A DNA stretch of 26,219 nt from Acidobacteriota bacterium (GTDB lineage: Bacteria > Acidobacteriota > UBA6911 > JACQSX01): NCBI GenBank assembly GCA_036507075.1, contig DASXQR010000217.1, positions 1 through 26,219 of the forward strand, written 5' to 3'. Every line of letters starts with the position of its first letter. Position 1 is the first letter of the stretch. The position numbers and the translations under genes are program-made. Of this stretch, positions 24,576 through 26,219 are shown piece after piece. The notes beneath the pieces are model-generated. The model searched no databases and was not told where the DNA came from. It was given only the letters and a program-made list of their open reading frames with translations.

Positions 24576-25066
24576 TGACAAAAGGAAGGCCCCCGTTGGG
24601 ACCACATCTGGTCGAGCGAATGGCCGGGTCAGATCTGGCCCGCCAACGTCTGCAAACGATTTTGCAAACCATTGCCGGCCAGCTGAGCGTGCCACAAGCT
24701 TGCCGCCAGTTGAGCATTGGCGAGGCGGCGTTCTATAAGCTGCGCTCACAGGTCTTGCAGTCGGCTCTGCAGAGCCTGGAACCGGCCGCGGTGGGCCGAC
24801 CACGCCAGGCGACTGATCAGGATCCTGAGGTTGGCAGGCTGCAACAAGAGGTCACGCAGTTGCGCATCGATCTGCGCGCCTCGCAGATTCGGGAAGAGAT
24901 CGCTCTGCTCATGCCCCATCTTTTGAAGGATCGAAAAGCGAAACTAAAAAAAACGAAACTGAAAATCAACCAGTACTTCCCGGAACAGATATCCCAAGAC
25001 GATCCCCCGTCTGCCGCCGGCAAGCGCGGCTGGTGGCGTGGTTGGGGCAGGCGTGGCGGGCAATAA
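24575..25066 (+). CDS. HTH plus coiled-coil accessory protein B (IS3 OrfA-like)
   Basis: TGATG overlap, RBS GGAGG. HTH ILQTIAGQLSVPQACRQLSIGEAAFYKLR, then GRP, then heptads VGRLQQEVTQLRIDL. Confidence 0.8.
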   Translation: MTKGRPPLGPHLVERMAGSDLARQRLQTILQTIAGQLSVPQACRQLSIGEAAFYKLRSQVLQSALQSLEPAAVGRPRQATDQDPEVGRLQQEVTQLRIDLRASQIREEIALLMPHLLKDRKAKLKKTKLKINQYFPEQISQDDPPSAAGKRGWWRGWGRRGGQ

Positions 25067-26211
25067 TGATGCAAAAGAAAGAGAACAAAAAAAGCCGCGG
25101 CCTCAAAAACCAACAGATGCGCCGTCACCTCGAGCGCCAGGTGCGCCGTGATGTACTGGTGTTTGCCCGCTGGTTGCTGTGCCACCGCATCAACATTGCC
25201 ACAGCAGCGGAAAAACTCGGGCTTTCGCTGCGAACGCTGCTTTGCTGGCAGCTGCGTTGGAAGACGGATCGATTGGCCGGCCCATCTCGCGGCAGACCCC
25301 AGCAGCGGGCTGACCGCCAGTTGCGCAATGCCATTATCGCTTTGTTTCAGTTGACGGGCCCTGGCATTGGATTACCTGCATTGCAGGAGATCTTCCCCGA
25401 TGTCGCGCGTCGCGAGCTGGAGTCTTTGTTGTATCGCTACCGAAACGTCTACCGCAAACGCAATCAACTGCTCGTCTATGCTCTGCGTTGGCTCAAAACG
25501 GGCTCTGTCTGGGCCCTTGATTTTACCGAGCCTCCCTTGCCTGTCGATGGGATCTACAAGCAGATCCTGGTGGTGCGAGATCTGGCAAGCGGCATGCAGC
25601 TTGCCGCCTTACCCGCACCTGACGGCACCGCTCAAGTTGCTCATGACCTCTTGCTCGCTTTATTTAGAGAACACGGATCCCCGCTTCTGGTCAAATCCGA
25701 TAACGGTAGCCCTTTTATCTGCGCGCAGTTTGCGCAGCTTCTCCAAAGGTTTCAGGTGTTGCATCTGCTCTCCCCGCCCGGTCTGCCCCAATACAATGGA
25801 GCCTGTGAAGCCGGGATTGGTTCCATCAAGACTCGGGCTCATCATCAGTCCGCACGCCATGACCGTCCCGGTCAATGGACCTGCGATGATGTAGAGTCCG
25901 CTCGCCTGATGGCCAATGAAACAGCACGTCCGGCTGGTCTGTATTCTCCTACACCCAGTCAGCAGTGGAGAATGCATCCGACCATGGCGCAGGTTGAGCG
26001 TCTACGTTTTATACATACCGTAAATGATTATCGAACCGAGGTCCGCAAAGAGTTAGGATACTTACCCGAGATCGAACTCGCACCCAAAGATGCAGCCCAT
26101 GTCGATCGCGTCGCCATCACCCGAGCCCTCATAGCGCTCGGTTTACTTGCTCTCAGGAGGAGGCGAATTACTCTACATGTTAACCGCTCTTTTTACGCAA
26201 GAATTAAATGA
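25066..26211 (+). CDS. DDE transposase 2 (rve integrase core, divergent from transposase 1)
   Basis: TAATG overlap with protein B. HTH AAEKLGLSLRTLLCW...RGRP. Triad WALDFT, VKSDNGSPF, PQYNGACE, plus VVRDLASG. The frame is open back to 24817. Confidence 0.88.
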   Translation: MMQKKENKKSRGLKNQQMRRHLERQVRRDVLVFARWLLCHRINIATAAEKLGLSLRTLLCWQLRWKTDRLAGPSRGRPQQRADRQLRNAIIALFQLTGPGIGLPALQEIFPDVARRELESLLYRYRNVYRKRNQLLVYALRWLKTGSVWALDFTEPPLPVDGIYKQILVVRDLASGMQLAALPAPDGTAQVAHDLLLALFREHGSPLLVKSDNGSPFICAQFAQLLQRFQVLHLLSPPGLPQYNGACEAGIGSIKTRAHHQSARHDRPGQWTCDDVESARLMANETARPAGLYSPTPSQQWRMHPTMAQVERLRFIHTVNDYRTEVRKELGYLPEIELAPKDAAHVDRVAITRALIALGLLALRRRRITLHVNRSFYARIK

Positions 26212-26219
26212 GGCCTACA
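26155..26219 (-). repeat. Right terminal inverted repeat
   Basis: Reverse complement reads TGTAGGCCTCATTTAATTCTTGCGTAAAAAGAGCGGTTAACATGTAGAGTAATTCGCCTCCTCCT. Confidence 0.8.

Larger units (their letters stand above)
22535..26219 (+). mobile_element. 3,685-bp transposon with TGT...ACA ends, ~65-bp imperfect TIRs, two DDE transposases and two HTH genes
   Basis: The left end and the reverse complement of the right end share TGT-nnn-CCTC, AATTCTTGC, AGAGC, TTAA and GTAGAGTAAwTCGC(C)TCCTCCT at matching offsets. Four coupled ORFs fill the interval. Confidence 0.85.

Noticed and set aside
22535..26219. Tn7/CAST, Mu or IS21 assignment based on the TGT...ACA ends
   Set aside because: No TnsC/MuB/IstB Walker motifs, no TniQ, TnsA or Cas genes, and no tandem repeated transposase-binding sites seen in the ends.

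Overview
GC-rich bacterial chromosomal DNA. The gene content suggests Acidobacteria or similar, but this is inference only. From left to right: (1) class I fumarate hydratase and ubiX on +. (2) A minus-strand operon encoding a PLP aminotransferase, a stand-alone sigma70-region-4-like protein and a metallophosphoesterase. (3) A ~16.5 kb plus-strand MoxR/vWA (Bat-like) cluster encoding a vWA-GATase membrane protein, a caspase-fold protein lacking the catalytic Cys, a TPR-gluzincin, DUF4159, a MoxR AAA+ ATPase, DUF58, BatA-vWA, a DUF4175-like coiled-coil protein and an exported hypothetical protein. Many junctions carry inverted arrays of short tandem repeats, some apparently translated. (4) An exported protein gene whose 3' end is interrupted by the most notable feature, a 3,685-bp transposon at 22535-26219. 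It has ~65-bp imperfect terminal inverted repeats (TGT...ACA) and one translationally coupled four-gene operon encoding two different DDE transposases with intact triads and two paralogous HTH/coiled-coil proteins. It also has a candidate -1 frameshift site and no ATPase gene. The window ends exactly on the terminal ACA.
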